A stretch of DNA of 64,000 nucleotides, from IMG/VR virus record IMGVR_UViG_3300047320_000285, positions 1 to 64,000 of that record, one strand, 5' to 3'. The notes under the pieces were generated by a model. It searched no databases, was not told the origin of the DNA, and worked only from the letters and a program-made list of their open reading frames with translations. Position numbers and translations under genes: made by a program. How positions within the stretch are numbered: position 1 is the stretch's first letter; each line of letters starts with the position of its first letter. Below are positions 1-8,746 of this stretch, one piece after another.

Positions 1-321
1 CGATTCAATACCAAACCGCTCCACACCACTCGCCAACCGGTACAAGCCTTCTTCGATCCATTCGATCTTGGAGGGCAAGCGCCAGTGACGCTTGGTCGGC
101 AGACAAATGATCTTGCGACCATCCGTCTCAAAGATAAACAACCCGTCTCGCTTGAATACAGCCGCTTTACAGGCTCGCTGGTATGCGGCGAGTAGGCCAG
201 GGTAGGTATTGGCAAACGCCAACGCCAGACCCTTACCCATCACGCCCACCGTGTTGACGGGACACACCAGTGATTGCGCGCCACTCTGAAGAATGTCGCC
301 CTCTGTTTCTAACACAATCAT
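1..321 (-). CDS. DarG-like macrodomain protein (ADP-ribosyl glycohydrolase fold), 3' end runs off the window
   Basis: Manual translation from ATG at 321 (ATGA overlap with the stop of the 318-698 gene): MIVLETEGDILQSGAQSLVCPVNTVGVMGKGLALAFANTYPGLLAAYQRACK...IICLPTKRHWRLPSKIEWIEEGL. Matches the DarG macrodomain pattern VNxVGVMGKGIA...FPTKxHWR..S..E.IE.GL. No stop before base 1. Confidence 0.85.
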   Translation of the reverse strand, partial: MIVLETEGDILQSGAQSLVCPVNTVGVMGKGLALAFANTYPGLLAAYQRACKAAVFKRDGLFIFETDGRKIICLPTKRHWRLPSKIEWIEEGLYRLASGVERFGIES

Positions 322-698
322 GGCTGCTCTCCTGCCAGTTGTCGCATCTGACGCAGACCTTCTTCCCCGACCTTGTTGTTTTCCTTCTGGCGTTTGATGG
401 CCAGTTCTTCGACATACTCGCAAATCTCGCGAGGCAGCGATAGGAAGTCAATCAGGTTAAGGCCGAACTTCTGGTAGACTTGACGCTCTTCAAACCGTTC
501 GATTCGCTCAAACAAAGGCCCGTTAGTTCTTTCCGCGTCTCGCATCAGCACCAAAGCCAAGGGATGTTCTCGGTCGTTACCATGATCGTGATCGAAGATC
601 CCGAACTTGGTTTCGTAATGGTGCCGCATCAAGAGCTGCGCGTCGGTAGAGCAGATCTTGGGGACGTAGCGCAACAGGGTATCGAACATCCCTTGCAC
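318..698 (-). CDS. Conserved phiKZ-like hypothetical protein (126 aa)
   Basis: Co-directional operon with the flanking genes; typical codon bias; stop overlaps the next ATG. Confidence 0.75.
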   Translation of the reverse strand: MQGMFDTLLRYVPKICSTDAQLLMRHHYETKFGIFDHDHGNDREHPLALVLMRDAERTNGPLFERIERFEERQVYQKFGLNLIDFLSLPREICEYVEELAIKRQKENNKVGEEGLRQMRQLAGEQP

Positions 699-742
699 GT
701 CGGCGTCATCCCCAAAATCGGCTTGTCGTACGTGTTTGTACG

Positions 743-2353
743 TTACCGGGTCAGAATCTGCGGGAGCTTTTGTCTGAGCAGGGTAAAAAAAGTCGTCAGT
801 GCGTCAATCGGCAGCAAGTGCGGCATGCGCGGGAACTTCTCTTCCTCGCGCTCGTCGACCGTCGGCACGGCGATAAAGGCCACCGTCGTGTCTTCCGCGT
901 ACTTGATCACTTCATTCATGATCAAATCGCGCGCTTTGTCGTCCGAGCTAAACAGGTTGAGCTGGTCTTCGATGGTTTCCAGATCGGTCACCACCGAGGT
1001 ACCCAGTTCCACCGACTTCACCCAGTGGCCGTATTGACGCAACAGCGTCGCCTTGCCCTGATTGGTGATGTAGGTGTTGCGCTCTGCGTCGTCCTGATCC
1101 ATGCCAAACACGCGGTTGGTCATGGTGACGATGTTGTTGACCCACTTCTGACCGCTGATCAGATGCTCGTCGACCGAGGGCACCGCCAGATTGACATGCA
1201 CGTTGTCGTTGAGCGAGATCCGGCGCTCACCGCGAATCGTGAAGTCTTTCTGATAACGATCGAGGTCATCGTTCGTCATCGAGCCAATCGTGATATTGGC
1301 CATGTGCTTGATCTGCCAGTCGGTCATGCTGGCCACGTCGATCCATTGCAGCTTGGAGACGTTGATCTTGCCTTCCACCACGCGGTTCTTCTCCGGCGTT
1401 TCGCCGAGGACCGCGCGCGCATACTGGAAGCCATTGGGCCAGATCGAACAGGCCGAACCCCACGCCATGTGCTGAATGTCGTGGATCGAGATGCGCTTGG
1501 CGATGTTCTCGCGGCTCGAGTCCTTGAGCGTGGTCGAGACCATATGCGCCAGAATAAACTGCATCACGTGGTCGACGATAAACACCGACGCATTGGAGAA
1601 CAGCAGGCCGGCGGTCGCGCGTCCCAGTGCGATCTTTTCTTCGGCGAGCTTGCGATCCAGTTCGAGAATCGCGGCTTCGTCCGGTGTCTTGATGGTGATC
1701 CAGAAACCCGAGTTCCACAGCGGAATCCGATACTGACCACCCAGACCCATGTAGGCACGGGTGCGCATCAGCGCCTTCTCGCCCGACAGAATGGCGTTGT
1801 CGTCGTCGCCCAGCTTCGGCTTGGTAATGCCCAGCGCGCGGCCGTTATGCTCCACCACCTGCCGCCACTTCGCGCCGTCCCGTGCGCCGAGCGTGTCGTT
1901 CATGTCCAGCCGCGGCTGGTGCGCGATACCGAGGCCTGCCGCGGTAATCCACTTCTCGTCCTTGACGAGGCTTTCCTGATCGCCCTTGCTGTAGGCTTCG
2001 AGCGTATCTTCCAGCAAGCCCGCCTGCTCATCGGGCACGACCAGCGTAATGGCGTCATCGTTCCACGGATCATCGAGCTTCTGGAACACCGGGAACTGCT
2101 GCAGCACGGTGGTGCTCGGTGCCCGCACCGGACGCGTTTGCCGTTCATCGGCTTCGGGTTCAGCCGCTTGTTCAGCCGGGACTTCAGCCACCGGGTCGCT
2201 TTCTTCCGCACCCGCCATCGGATCGAGGTTCGACGCCAGCGCCGTGGTAGCCGGGTCGATCATCGCGGGGTGCTGCACGAGCGCTTCGCTACTGGCTGCG
2301 CCCGGTGCCACATTTCCGCTGGAAGCTTGTTCTTGATTGGTAGGGTCGCTCAT
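743..2353 (-). CDS. Conserved phiKZ-like core protein (536 aa; gp77-like by synteny)
   Basis: Long ORF with strong codon bias, acidic disordered N-terminus and globular C-terminus; lies near the RNAP beta-prime piece as in phiKZ-like core blocks. Confidence 0.75.
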   Translation of the reverse strand: MSDPTNQEQASSGNVAPGAASSEALVQHPAMIDPATTALASNLDPMAGAEESDPVAEVPAEQAAEPEADERQTRPVRAPSTTVLQQFPVFQKLDDPWNDDAITLVVPDEQAGLLEDTLEAYSKGDQESLVKDEKWITAAGLGIAHQPRLDMNDTLGARDGAKWRQVVEHNGRALGITKPKLGDDDNAILSGEKALMRTRAYMGLGGQYRIPLWNSGFWITIKTPDEAAILELDRKLAEEKIALGRATAGLLFSNASVFIVDHVMQFILAHMVSTTLKDSSRENIAKRISIHDIQHMAWGSACSIWPNGFQYARAVLGETPEKNRVVEGKINVSKLQWIDVASMTDWQIKHMANITIGSMTNDDLDRYQKDFTIRGERRISLNDNVHVNLAVPSVDEHLISGQKWVNNIVTMTNRVFGMDQDDAERNTYITNQGKATLLRQYGHWVKSVELGTSVVTDLETIEDQLNLFSSDDKARDLIMNEVIKYAEDTTVAFIAVPTVDEREEEKFPRMPHLLPIDALTTFFTLLRQKLPQILTR

Positions 2354-2356
2354 GGC

Positions 2357-2929
2357 TTAGGCCACCTTTGCTTCAGTGCTCGGGACGTCCTTGACCTCGA
2401 CGTCGATCACGTCGTGGTTGTTCGGGTCCTGATGCTTGTTCTTCTCGGCTTCTTCCGCCTGAATCTGCGCTTCGACGTTAGCGAGCTTGGCTTCGGCTTC
2501 CGCGGTCTGCTCGAGCAGATGGTTGAGCACCGGCTGGCAGGTCCGACGGTACGCTTCCATGAACTGGATGTACTGTTCGTAGACCGACAGCGACAGCGCA
2601 AAGTCATCCGGCGTTTTCGAGCTACCGGTCTTGTGTTTGTGCTGGTCGTAAATCTTCGACAGCGCGCCCGACAACTCGGCGGTGTCTTTGGCCAGCAAAC
2701 GGATGTTCTCGTTGAGCATGGCTTTGTCGGTCACAGCCGGATACACGCCCGGTTGTTTGAGCACGAGATCGATCGCGGCGGCTTGCTGGAGCAAGTCCAC
2801 ACACTGACCGTTCAGCGCATGGCAGTCGTCCCAGCTGTTGTTGCCCTTGATCGCCCCCGACGCCTCGCGTTGCTTCTGACGACGCGCGACTTCTGCCGGG
2901 CTCGGACCCTTCTTACCTTTCTTAGCCAT
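2357..2929 (-). CDS. Hypothetical protein, basic N-terminus, helical/coiled-coil (190 aa)
   Basis: ATG start, codon bias, first gene of the leftward operon, 3 nt from the next gene. Confidence 0.75.
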   Translation of the reverse strand: MAKKGKKGPSPAEVARRQKQREASGAIKGNNSWDDCHALNGQCVDLLQQAAAIDLVLKQPGVYPAVTDKAMLNENIRLLAKDTAELSGALSKIYDQHKHKTGSSKTPDDFALSLSVYEQYIQFMEAYRRTCQPVLNHLLEQTAEAEAKLANVEAQIQAEEAEKNKHQDPNNHDVIDVEVKDVPSTEAKVA

Positions 2930-3097
2930 TATGATAACCCCACGGTGTTGTTAGTTCAGGAATTCGATAGGACGCCCTGCTCAATACTCTGAATGAATCA
3001 CGGCGTCTGTCCCACTATATTAGGGGAATATACAAGCTTTTACGTACACGCTCCATTGTGCGACTGTGCGCCAACGCACTTATCTAAGAGACCAACT
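2930..3097. promoter_or_regulatory. Divergent intergenic promoter region
   Basis: AT-richer 168-nt gap between divergent operons; contains TATATTAG (+) and TATATTCC (-), each one mismatch from the TATATTAC motif. Confidence 0.4.
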
Positions 3098-3940
3098 ATG
3101 CTCGACATTCTTCAGCAGTACCTGAATGAGTGCGCCAGCCCCGAAGATGGCGCCGCGATCGGCGCTGCGCAAGAGATCTTCGACAAGCTGGGGCTTCAGA
3201 CACAGGACATGGGTTTTGAACAGCTCATTATCTTAGCCGATGACTCGGACCCCGGTCAGACCCTGACCGACATGTATAACCTCACCCGTCAGCTGCAAGA
3301 CAGCCTGCTGCATCAGCATGGCATCCGTCTGAGCGACATGTGTCCGATCGGCATCCAGACCGATATCCTCAATGCGTTGTTGGAGATTCCGGAACTGGAA
3401 GACAAGCACGATGTGATCTCGATCGCCAAGCAACCCCTGAATGCCTTGGAAGTGTTGGCCGAGCTGGTGGAGAAAGTCACCCACCACAGCGCTGAAACCA
3501 TCCTCGAGCATCTGCTGTTTGTGAGCCAGTCGCTCATCGCCCAAGTGGCCAGCTTAGCCGATCAGGATCAGGTCAAGGAAGACGATGAAGCCGAGCGGCT
3601 GAGTCGCAAGGGCCGGATCGAGAAGTTCACCCTGTGGATGGACTTCTGCAAGCAGACCCAGTCCGAGATTCAGCTACTGGTCAAGCAAGGCATCGACGCG
3701 GGCTTTCCGTTTGCGATGTACGTCAGCCTGATTGGCCGGGACTTCGAAGCGATGCCGGAAGCTGATGCTGCTATCAATCTGGTGGGGATGGCGTTTCTCT
3801 CGGAAGATGGCGCGGGCAATCCGCAAGCCCTGATCGCTGAGCGGCTGGAAACGCTGATTGCTGACCCCGAGAAGCTCACCCGGGTGAGTATGTCGATTCG
3901 TGAAATGCTCCTGAGGTTCGCCCATTATGAACAAAGCTGA
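3098..3940 (+). CDS. Conserved hypothetical protein (280 aa; gp79-like by synteny)
   Basis: Start moved to ATG 3098 after AAGAG; acidic helical protein overlapping the start of the RNAP subunit gene. Confidence 0.75.
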   Translation: MLDILQQYLNECASPEDGAAIGAAQEIFDKLGLQTQDMGFEQLIILADDSDPGQTLTDMYNLTRQLQDSLLHQHGIRLSDMCPIGIQTDILNALLEIPELEDKHDVISIAKQPLNALEVLAELVEKVTHHSAETILEHLLFVSQSLIAQVASLADQDQVKEDDEAERLSRKGRIEKFTLWMDFCKQTQSEIQLLVKQGIDAGFPFAMYVSLIGRDFEAMPEADAAINLVGMAFLSEDGAGNPQALIAERLETLIADPEKLTRVSMSIREMLLRFAHYEQS

Positions 3941-5279
3941 TTTCTTCAAAGCCGCCTGCAAGGCCCATTGCTTTCGCCGCAAGCAATGGGTGATCAGTGC
4001 GTTCTCGCTGGTTGCGGAAGGCCCGGAAGACTGGAAGCGTGACCCGTACCCGTACCGGATTGTGTCGACCCCGATGGGCTACTTCTGTGTGGATCCGGAT
4101 GATCATACGCAGCTCCTGCCGATTGAAGCGGAGCCGGATCTGAAACTCATGCGCGTACCGCTCTTTACAGCCACTGAGCAGTTCGTGATGATCCCGGGCG
4201 ACCTCCCTAACTACGGTACCATGCCGGGTGAAGACAAGCCCGTCAAGACCACCTACGGTAACTTCCTGTGGAACTGGATGGTGTTGTGCTGGGCACTGGG
4301 TAACAAGGTCGCGTACGTCAACGATCGGATTGCCCCGGGGGACTTGGAAGAGCTGATCCTCAAACGCCTGCAAGACGACCCCCAAGCCGGGGACCCCGTG
4401 CCCAAGGCGATTGACCGGGTGGCACCGATCTGGACCTCGGAGTATCTGCAGGTGGTGGAAGCGGCGTTCTATAGCACCGGCTTTACCCAGTTGTTCGTAC
4501 CGGCCGACACCCGCAAGTCGATGACGGCCCCGCCGGGGCTGGCTGAATACAAGGCCAAGCTGATCGAGGAGAACAAGGACCGGCTGCATGATCCGGCCGT
4601 GATTGCTGAGATGGATGCCAAGCTGATCAAGTTTGACAGCGAGTATCTGAAAGGGGACGAGTCCGAAGGCTTCCTGATCTCCGGCAAGTCGCGCACCACG
4701 GTGCGCCGTAAGCTGTTCCTGTCGCTCGGCGGTGAACCCGGCCTCGATGAAGAATCGGGGAACGTGGAGTTTATCCCCAACTCGCTCACCGAAGGCTGGG
4801 ATATCAGCAAGTTCCCGGTGATGAACAACACCCAACGGGCCGGTTCGTTTAACCGTTCGGCGCAAACCATGCTGGGCGGGGAGTCGGTCAAGTGGTTGCT
4901 GCGCGCGTCCTCCAACATGCAGGTGACGATGGACGACTGCGGTACCCAGCTGGGCGTGCCGACGGAGTTCACCGAGAAGTCGATCCAGAAGTATCTCGGC
5001 TTTCATGTGGTGGCTGCCGGCGGGCCGAAAGAGATTACCGAGGCTGACGCTGGCACCTACGTCGGCAAGAAGTTCATGCTGCGCTCACCGTTGTTCTGTA
5101 AGCTGGAGAAGACCGACTACTGCAAGATTTGTGTGGGTCCACGGTTGGCGTTGAACCCGACCGCGCTCTCCTCGGCGGTGACCGAAGTGGGCTCGACCAT
5201 CATGCTGATCTTCATGAAGGCCGCGCACGCGCGAAATCTGGCGGTGGCTCACATGGACTACCTTAGTGAGATCCAGTAA
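3927..5279 (+). CDS. Phage multisubunit RNA polymerase beta-prime C-terminal subunit (virion RNAP, phiKZ gp80-like)
   Basis: MDDCGT, LRSPLFC..TDYCKICVG (Zn site like RpoC VRSxxTC...CxxCYG) and trigger-loop-like AVTEVGSTIMLIFMKAAH. Split beta-prime subunits are characteristic of phiKZ-like phages. Confidence 0.9.
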   Translation: MNKADFFKAACKAHCFRRKQWVISAFSLVAEGPEDWKRDPYPYRIVSTPMGYFCVDPDDHTQLLPIEAEPDLKLMRVPLFTATEQFVMIPGDLPNYGTMPGEDKPVKTTYGNFLWNWMVLCWALGNKVAYVNDRIAPGDLEELILKRLQDDPQAGDPVPKAIDRVAPIWTSEYLQVVEAAFYSTGFTQLFVPADTRKSMTAPPGLAEYKAKLIEENKDRLHDPAVIAEMDAKLIKFDSEYLKGDESEGFLISGKSRTTVRRKLFLSLGGEPGLDEESGNVEFIPNSLTEGWDISKFPVMNNTQRAGSFNRSAQTMLGGESVKWLLRASSNMQVTMDDCGTQLGVPTEFTEKSIQKYLGFHVVAAGGPKEITEADAGTYVGKKFMLRSPLFCKLEKTDYCKICVGPRLALNPTALSSAVTEVGSTIMLIFMKAAHARNLAVAHMDYLSEIQ

Positions 5280-5352
5280 TTTTTCTGTCACTGAAGTCAT
5301 GGTGTGACTGGGGCGCTCCCAGTTCGCCCCAACCAACCTTAAAGGAAAACAA

Positions 5353-6513
5353 ATGGGTATCAACGCAAAACCGTCGAGCATCGATGCACAGGGTGGCGGT
5401 CTGGCCTTGTGGCTGGGTAACAACAACGTCCCGTTCACGTCGACCCCCACGACCCTCGACCCCACGGGTTTCCCGCTGTACATCGAACAAGCCGACTACG
5501 ATCGTCTGCTGAAGACCGATCCGTGGCTCGAAGCGTTGCTCGAAGCCGGCATCGTTACCACGGCAACCATTCCCGACACGGTTCTGGAAGCACTGACGGG
5601 GGGAAACGGCAGCTCGGATTCCTCGAACTCCTCGAATTCCAACTCCGCTGGGGCACAAGACCAGACGGGTGCCGGATCGGCTGCCGGTGCAGAAGGCACT
5701 GGTGAAGTGGGAAACGGTGGAACCGAACCCGCTGCGAATGGGAACTCGCAAGACGCGACGGGTTCGGGCGAGCAGTCGCCGAGCACGGTCGTCGTCAAGC
5801 AAAACGATTCTTCGCCGCAAGGTTCGGGCTCTTCGTCGGATGCCTCGCAATCGTCGAATGGTGCCTCGGTCGTCACGGGTGATGCGACGGGAAACGGCGC
5901 TGCATCTGTCGTCGCTGGAACGACCGGATCGGATGCTGCTGGTTCCGCTGACCAACCGGCTCCGACCCCGGCCCCCTCGCCGGCACCGGTGGTGATCCCG
6001 CCGCAACCGACTCCGGACCCTGCGGTGATTACGGATCCGGTCTCGGAAACGTCGACAGCGGTGGCTTGGCTGGAAGAATTCGCCAAGACCGCTTCGGTCG
6101 ATGCGAAGGCGATCATCAACTCGATCCTGACCTACGTGCGCGACATGGCGCCGGGCAAGAGCCAGACCCCGGAAGCAATGCAGCGCCAGCAGATGAACCT
6201 GCACGTGGCGTTGACGGGCGCGATCAACCGTCTGGACGGCGAATTCAAGCACGTTTGGGGTGGTGTGCTGCGTCTGTTCCATGAACACCGTGACGGCGTG
6301 TTCAGCGAGCGCTACGTGTATCGTCAGTTGCAAAACGCGCCGATGAACCCGCAGCAACGCGCGGCATTCCAGAACGTCGTCAACATGATCAAGCTCACGG
6401 CTGATCCGCAAGGTCGCAAGGTGGGCCTGCGCCAGTTCGACAAGACCCGCACCATGCAACACGGTCTGACCGAGCAAGGTCGCAACAAGCTGCTGGCGTT
6501 CTACAAGCTCTGA
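5353..6513 (+). CDS. Probable virion structural protein with a long G/S/A/T/N-rich linker and PAP hinge (386 aa)
   Basis: RBS AAAGGA; short N-domain, about 150-aa low-complexity linker, PAPTPAPSPAP, helical C-domain; highly biased codons. Confidence 0.7.
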   Translation: MGINAKPSSIDAQGGGLALWLGNNNVPFTSTPTTLDPTGFPLYIEQADYDRLLKTDPWLEALLEAGIVTTATIPDTVLEALTGGNGSSDSSNSSNSNSAGAQDQTGAGSAAGAEGTGEVGNGGTEPAANGNSQDATGSGEQSPSTVVVKQNDSSPQGSGSSSDASQSSNGASVVTGDATGNGAASVVAGTTGSDAAGSADQPAPTPAPSPAPVVIPPQPTPDPAVITDPVSETSTAVAWLEEFAKTASVDAKAIINSILTYVRDMAPGKSQTPEAMQRQQMNLHVALTGAINRLDGEFKHVWGGVLRLFHEHRDGVFSERYVYRQLQNAPMNPQQRAAFQNVVNMIKLTADPQGRKVGLRQFDKTRTMQHGLTEQGRNKLLAFYKL

Positions 6514-6528
6514 TCATTAATCAGTGAT

Positions 6529-6562
6529 CATAAGGCCTCGGGGGAAACCTCGGGGTTTTATG
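6529..6562. terminator. Hairpin between convergent genes, CATAA...TTATG flanked
   Basis: cataagg-cctcgggg-gaaa-cctcgggg-ttttatg. Confidence 0.7.
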
Positions 6563-6564
6563 AC

Positions 6565-7257
6565 CTATTCAAGTTCGTGGAAATAGGCAGAAAAGATGGG
6601 TTCTTCTGGTACATAGTGACCAGTCCAGCCTTTATGATGGGGTCGCTTTCCTCTGAAAACTGCCGACATATTTGCCTGTTCAAGGTTATTTGCCTGACAG
6701 AACTCAGTAAGATTCCTACCCTCGTGAACTCGACCATCTAGTCCAGTGGCGACAAAATCTTTCGCAAGCTTGTCTGTTCGAACCGCCACACCCTCATGAT
6801 TCCCTTTAGTTCGCCCCGTGACCAGTTCGGCCCGTTTGGCAATGTATTCGTGTGTTTCTTTAGTTCGCCCTTTCTGAGCCTCAGAAATGCGCCGATAGTA
6901 GTCAGATGTTTCCTTGGTCTGACCCCTCAGTGCGTCGACCCAGTTGTTTCTTCCATTTTCCCATGCCTCTTGTCGGTTTTGTAGACCCGTCACAAAACGA
7001 CAATTGTCATTGGTATAGTGACCTTGGTCTCCATGGCGTGCCAGTACGAACTGGTCGTTGCGTTGCCCAATCTGGTCGGAGCTTTGGACGCCAGCCTCCC
7101 TGACTTTCTGAAGATAATTCTCGAAAGTTAAATCAGTCTGAAGTCCTCTCCGAGGGGCACCATGGTGGTGATAAGAGAACTTGGCGAAGAGCGATTTTGT
7201 CTCTTCCATCTTAAAACCAAGCCGTTCAACAACCGCTATTTTTTCTTCGCTTTTCAT
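6565..7257 (-). mobile_element. Free-standing HNH-type homing endonuclease with NUMOD3-like repeats and C-terminal HTH (230 aa)
   Basis: Start at ATG 7257 (MKSEEK). LARHGDQGHYTNDNCRFVT..QN resembles the IDRIDNxxGYxxxNCRWVT HNH-like motif; three or four (L/V)xGxTK repeats (NUMOD3-like); NLTEFCQANNLEQANMSAVFRGKRPHHKGWT (NUMOD1/IENR1-like HTH). Visibly AT-richer than flanks and on the opposite strand. Confidence 0.8.
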
Positions 7258-7269
7258 GAGAGGCACCAA

Positions 7270-8136
7270 ATGCTTACGGGATATTATGAAGTTGGTGGTA
7301 CTAAGTATAACATAGATCAAGATTACACAAAAGGTATTCAGAAGACACTCGCCCAGAAACTGGTGCAAGATATTACCATCGACGGGAACTTCGGTCCGGC
7401 CTCCATCGCGGCGCTGACCAAGTTCCAGTTGCAAAGCGGCGTACCGACCACCGGGGTGTATGACCCGGCGACCCAAGCCGTGGTCGAGCCGTTCCTGCTG
7501 AGCCACTTCGTGACGCGGGCTGACTTCCAGAATGCGGCCAATGAACTGGGTGTACCAATTGCAGCGGTGAAAGCCGTGCAAGAAACCGAAACTTCGGGCT
7601 CAGGCTTTGCTTACACAGGTCGGGTACGGATTCTGTTTGAGCGCCACTGGATGGCCCGGTTTCTGTCAGCCAAGCTGCCGTCGGCGCAGTACCAGAAACT
7701 CGCGCTTGCGAACTCGGACATCATCAATACGACGCCCGGCGGTTACGCTACCGGTCCGACCGCGGATGCGCGTTCGATTGCCGAGTACACGCGTTTCTCG
7801 CGCGCGTTTGCCATCGATGCGGACTGTGCCATGAAATCGGCCAGCTGGGGCCTGTTTCAAATCATGGGTTTCAATGCCAACTTCGCGGGCTTCAAGAACG
7901 CCGATGGCACCCCCAGCACCGGTCCGTTTGTGGATGCGATGAAGAGCAACGAACAAGCCCAGCTGCTGGGCTTCGTGAGCTTTATCAAGACCTACAACGG
8001 TGGTGCGTTGTGGATGGCGATGAAGAACAAAGACTGGGTGACGTTCGCGCGGATCTATAACGGCTCGGCGAACGTGGCACATTACTCACAAGTCATCGGG
8101 ACGAACTTCAGCAACTTCAGCGCGATGTACGCGTAA
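7270..8136 (+). CDS. Modular endolysin: peptidoglycan-binding domain + DUF3380-type N-acetylmuramidase (288 aa)
   Basis: PG-binding motif IDGNFGPASIAALTKFQ..SGV.TTGVYDPAT; muramidase motifs KAVQETETSGSGF, ILFERHW, SASWGLFQIMGFN, WVTFARIYNG; RBS GAGAGG before ATG 7270. Confidence 0.9.
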   Translation: MLTGYYEVGGTKYNIDQDYTKGIQKTLAQKLVQDITIDGNFGPASIAALTKFQLQSGVPTTGVYDPATQAVVEPFLLSHFVTRADFQNAANELGVPIAAVKAVQETETSGSGFAYTGRVRILFERHWMARFLSAKLPSAQYQKLALANSDIINTTPGGYATGPTADARSIAEYTRFSRAFAIDADCAMKSASWGLFQIMGFNANFAGFKNADGTPSTGPFVDAMKSNEQAQLLGFVSFIKTYNGGALWMAMKNKDWVTFARIYNGSANVAHYSQVIGTNFSNFSAMYA

Positions 8137-8144
8137 GGGAAGAA

Positions 8145-8176
8145 CGTAAGGGCAGGCCTACGGGCTTGCCTTTATG
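8145..8176 (+). terminator. Hairpin terminator ending in TTTATG
   Basis: taagggcaggcc-tacg-ggcttgccttta(tg), directly after the endolysin stop. Confidence 0.75.
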
Positions 8177-8190
8177 CCGGACCTGTGTTC

Positions 8191-8214
8191 TAATTAGTTT
8201 CAGACCCATATTAC
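8191..8214 (+). promoter_or_regulatory. phiKZ-type early promoter (TTTC-N5-CATATTAC)
   Basis: taattagTTTCagaccCATATTAC; the same spacing recurs at 47947, 51769 and 63045; matches the known phiKZ early motif TATATTAC. Confidence 0.7.
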
Positions 8215-8279
8215 ACACTTGAACCTACAACCGTAATCGGGTTCTAACACTTCCTTATACTACGTCCTAGGAGGACACC

Positions 8280-8684
8280 ATGTCGCAAGCCATCAACAAC
8301 ACCAAGACCGAAATCGAATTCAACGTTGGTGATTATACGACCTGTCAATTCGGCAACCCGTTCGATACTGATTGGACGGAAGCCACGCATGCTGACCAGT
8401 CGGTGATGATTATCGCCAAGGAACGTTGCGAGATCACTCGCAAGATGTTCTATCTGGTCAAACAAGACGGTAAGGAGTTCCTCGCGCGTGCGTACGTACC
8501 GTACACCTGTGAAGGCGCTGAGCCGCCCAAGGGTGCGCTGTATAGCACCAATGGTCGCAGCTACGGTACCCGTGGCCAGCAACGTACGGGTCGTTGCGAC
8601 GGCATCTACAACGCCGCCCACTCGCTGGGCTTCGATCCGGAATCGATCGTTGGCGTGGTCGACGCAGTAGCCAACCCGGCCTAA
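8280..8684 (+). CDS. Hypothetical early protein (134 aa)
   Basis: Strong RBS AGGAGG, own promoter and terminator. Confidence 0.8.
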   Translation: MSQAINNTKTEIEFNVGDYTTCQFGNPFDTDWTEATHADQSVMIIAKERCEITRKMFYLVKQDGKEFLARAYVPYTCEGAEPPKGALYSTNGRSYGTRGQQRTGRCDGIYNAAHSLGFDPESIVGVVDAVANPA

Positions 8685-8687
8685 CGG

Positions 8688-8742
8688 CATAAGCCCAGAC
8701 ACCTTCGGGTGTCTGGGCAGTATGACTGCTGCTTTTTTTTTT
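8688..8742. terminator. Bidirectional hairpin terminator between convergent genes
   Basis: cataa-gcccagacacc-ttcg-ggtgtctgggc-agtatg followed by a T10 run. Confidence 0.8.
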
Positions 8743-8746
8743 CGTC

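Noticed and set aside
770-2992. Long antisense ORFs in the track (e.g. 770-2992 +, 3876-5006 -, 12452-13906 -, 13945-15150 +, 20719-22227 -)
   Set aside because: These are shadows of GC3-biased genes on the opposite strand. They are R/H/V/Q-rich, lack RBS and motifs, and fully overlap well-supported genes.
6565-7257. HNH as a group I intron-encoded ORF
   Set aside because: Both flanking genes appear complete with their own stops and starts, and the HNH is antisense to them, so it looks free-standing.
7258-7581. N-terminal extensions in the track for the HNH (start 7581) and endolysin (start 7162)
   Set aside because: The extensions overlap the opposite gene; downstream ATGs (7257, 7270) give coherent domain starts.
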